Made by a program: the position numbers and the translations under genes. DNA of 64,000 nucleotides. It comes from Folioceros fuciformis. Its lineage: Eukaryota. The DNA is taken from the NCBI GenBank assembly GCA_049999805.1, contig JBNGIO010005941.1, forward strand, positions 1 through 64,000. The letters run 5' to 3'. The notes below the pieces were generated by a model that ran no database searches, was not told where the DNA came from, and saw only the letters and a list, made by a program, of their open reading frames with translations. Positions 62,459 through 64,000 of this stretch are shown piece after piece. Every line of letters begins with the position of its first letter. Within the stretch, counting starts at the first letter, position 1.

Positions 62459-64000
62459 ATGGCTCCGAAGATGTTGAGGTTGCTGTTGGTCCTATGGGCC
62501 CCGCTTTTGTTTGTGAGCTGGACACGTGTGGTCAAAGCTGAGGAGGAAGGTGAAGCTCCTGAGCCTGGTGTCAAGCCGGAGGATGAAGGTCAGTTTGTAC
62601 ACGTCGATCATGCTGGGAGCTCAGTCATTGCATGGCCAACCAAGTCTTTGAAACCGGGATTTGAAAACTAATTTTCAACTTATTTGCTTTGGCGAGCAGA
62701 GTGGACCTGGTGTGTGACGGACACTAGCGACAAGCCAACTTGCGACGCAATGGTCAAGCTTCTTCAAGCTCTTGATCCGGAGGAGGAGCACGTCCACTCG
62801 TGGTGCGTTTTTCCTTCTCGTGCGAATTTTGATCGTTTGATTTCGAGAGGGGATGTCTTAAACTAAATGGAACGGTGACGTGCTTGTGTAGTATCGTGGG
62901 GGATGGAGACGAAGACTGCATGAAGAAGGTACAAAGAGGCGAGGCAAAGTTTGTAGTCCTGGACGGCGGTGAGATCTGGGAAGCCAGCAGTGAGTACGGG
63001 CTGAAGCCTATCCGTACAGAGGTTTCAGAACTGGAGGGGAGCTACTACGGCGTGGGAGTCGTGAGGAAAGGCAAGTGCCCGGGAAGCCTGGCTGACTTGA
63101 AGGGCAAGCGTTCCTGCCACACTGGTTACAACAGAGCTACCGGATGGGTGTTCCCTGTCACTTACCTCATCAACAACAAGATCATGCCCGTTGTCACCAA
63201 GTAAGCTTCAGGACTTCATGCCTCTAGCACATTCAAAAGCAGATGGATTCCATCACGACTTACAGCATCTTCTGGTAGAAACATGGAGTGGCATGCACAT
63301 CCATTCCTAAAGACACGTGGCAATGGCCGGGCCTTCGTGGCAGGGGTCCTCAATCCAACGACATCGAGTCTGTCAAGGCCTTTTTCAAGGCATCCTGTGC
63401 TGCCAACTCCGATCCCAACAAGGAGATCTGTTCAGCTTGCAAGATCAAGACTGCCTGCACCAAAGCTGATCCCTACTACGACTACGAGGGAGCTTTCAGG
63501 GGCTTGGTAGAGGACGCCTGCGATGTGGCCTTTACCAAGCACACCATAGTAGGCCAGTATGCCATGGGAGGAAGGTCTGCAGCGGCAGACTGGAGCGGCC
63601 TGCAGGACGCAACCAACTATCAGATTCTGTGCCCTAACAAATACAACGGGCAGGTGTGCACTGATCCCAGCAACTACAAATCTTGCAACTTCGGCCAAGC
63701 CCCTGGCCACGCTATCCTGGTGGCCCAGGACTATCCGGACATCGAGATCAACGAGTTCAACAATGTCATGAATGCAGCCAACTCCGACCCTGCTTTCATC
63801 AGCTTGTTATTTTCAGGTAAAGCTTCCTGCACCTTGCGCTCTAAAAAATTATACGCATGCACAGTCTGTGTCTAACGCTGGATTTTCATCTCTCTTGTGG
63901 TCAGGAAACAACAAGGAGGGACACATCTTCGCTGCAGACGCAACCAGGACTGTAGCTTACGCTGGAACCACTCAGGCACTTCTTGGAAACTTCTACGACA
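62459..64000 (+). CDS. Secreted transferrin-like iron-binding protein (continues beyond the window)
   Basis: Signal peptide MAPKMLRLLLVLWAPLLFVSWTRVVKA; WCV; DCMKKVQRGEAKFVVLDGG; YYGVGVVRK; LKGKRSCHTGYNRATGWVFP; YYDYEGAFRGL...DVAFTKH; CNFGQAPGHAIL; GT-AG introns. Confidence 0.93.

Overview
This is eukaryotic nuclear DNA from a gene-dense land plant. It has spliceosomal GT-AG introns of mostly 80-120 nt and PLS-type PPR remnants; a seed-free lineage such as a hornwort is my inference, not something the sequence proves. I can support about 15 intron-containing genes: synaptotagmin, RPB9, PTEN1-like, a DNA polymerase iota-like gene, RPL30, a small uncharacterised plant protein, an SCL-type SR protein, IPC synthase, STAY-GREEN, OSA15/AAF-like, a DHH/DHHA1 protein, TXNL4B, FBXL15/SLOMO-like, an RWD-RING E3 ligase and a transferrin-like gene that runs off the window. 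Transposon-like and tandem-repeat blocks lie between them (about 1-4.3, 10.5-11.8, 19.2-22.1, 35.6-38.4 and 51.2-53.4 kb). The most notable features are: (1) a six-copy tRNA-Arg(CCG) array built as three [tRNA-tRNA-~160 bp element] units with no oligo-T between paired tRNAs; (2) an intact Pol iota-type gene carrying a Pol eta-type UBZ3/PIP tail; (3) a secreted transferrin-like protein with all canonical iron ligands; (4) a 53-bp palindrome shared by two repeat regions, with a MITE inserted in one copy. Exon boundaries were read by eye and family calls come from recognised motifs, not database searches.
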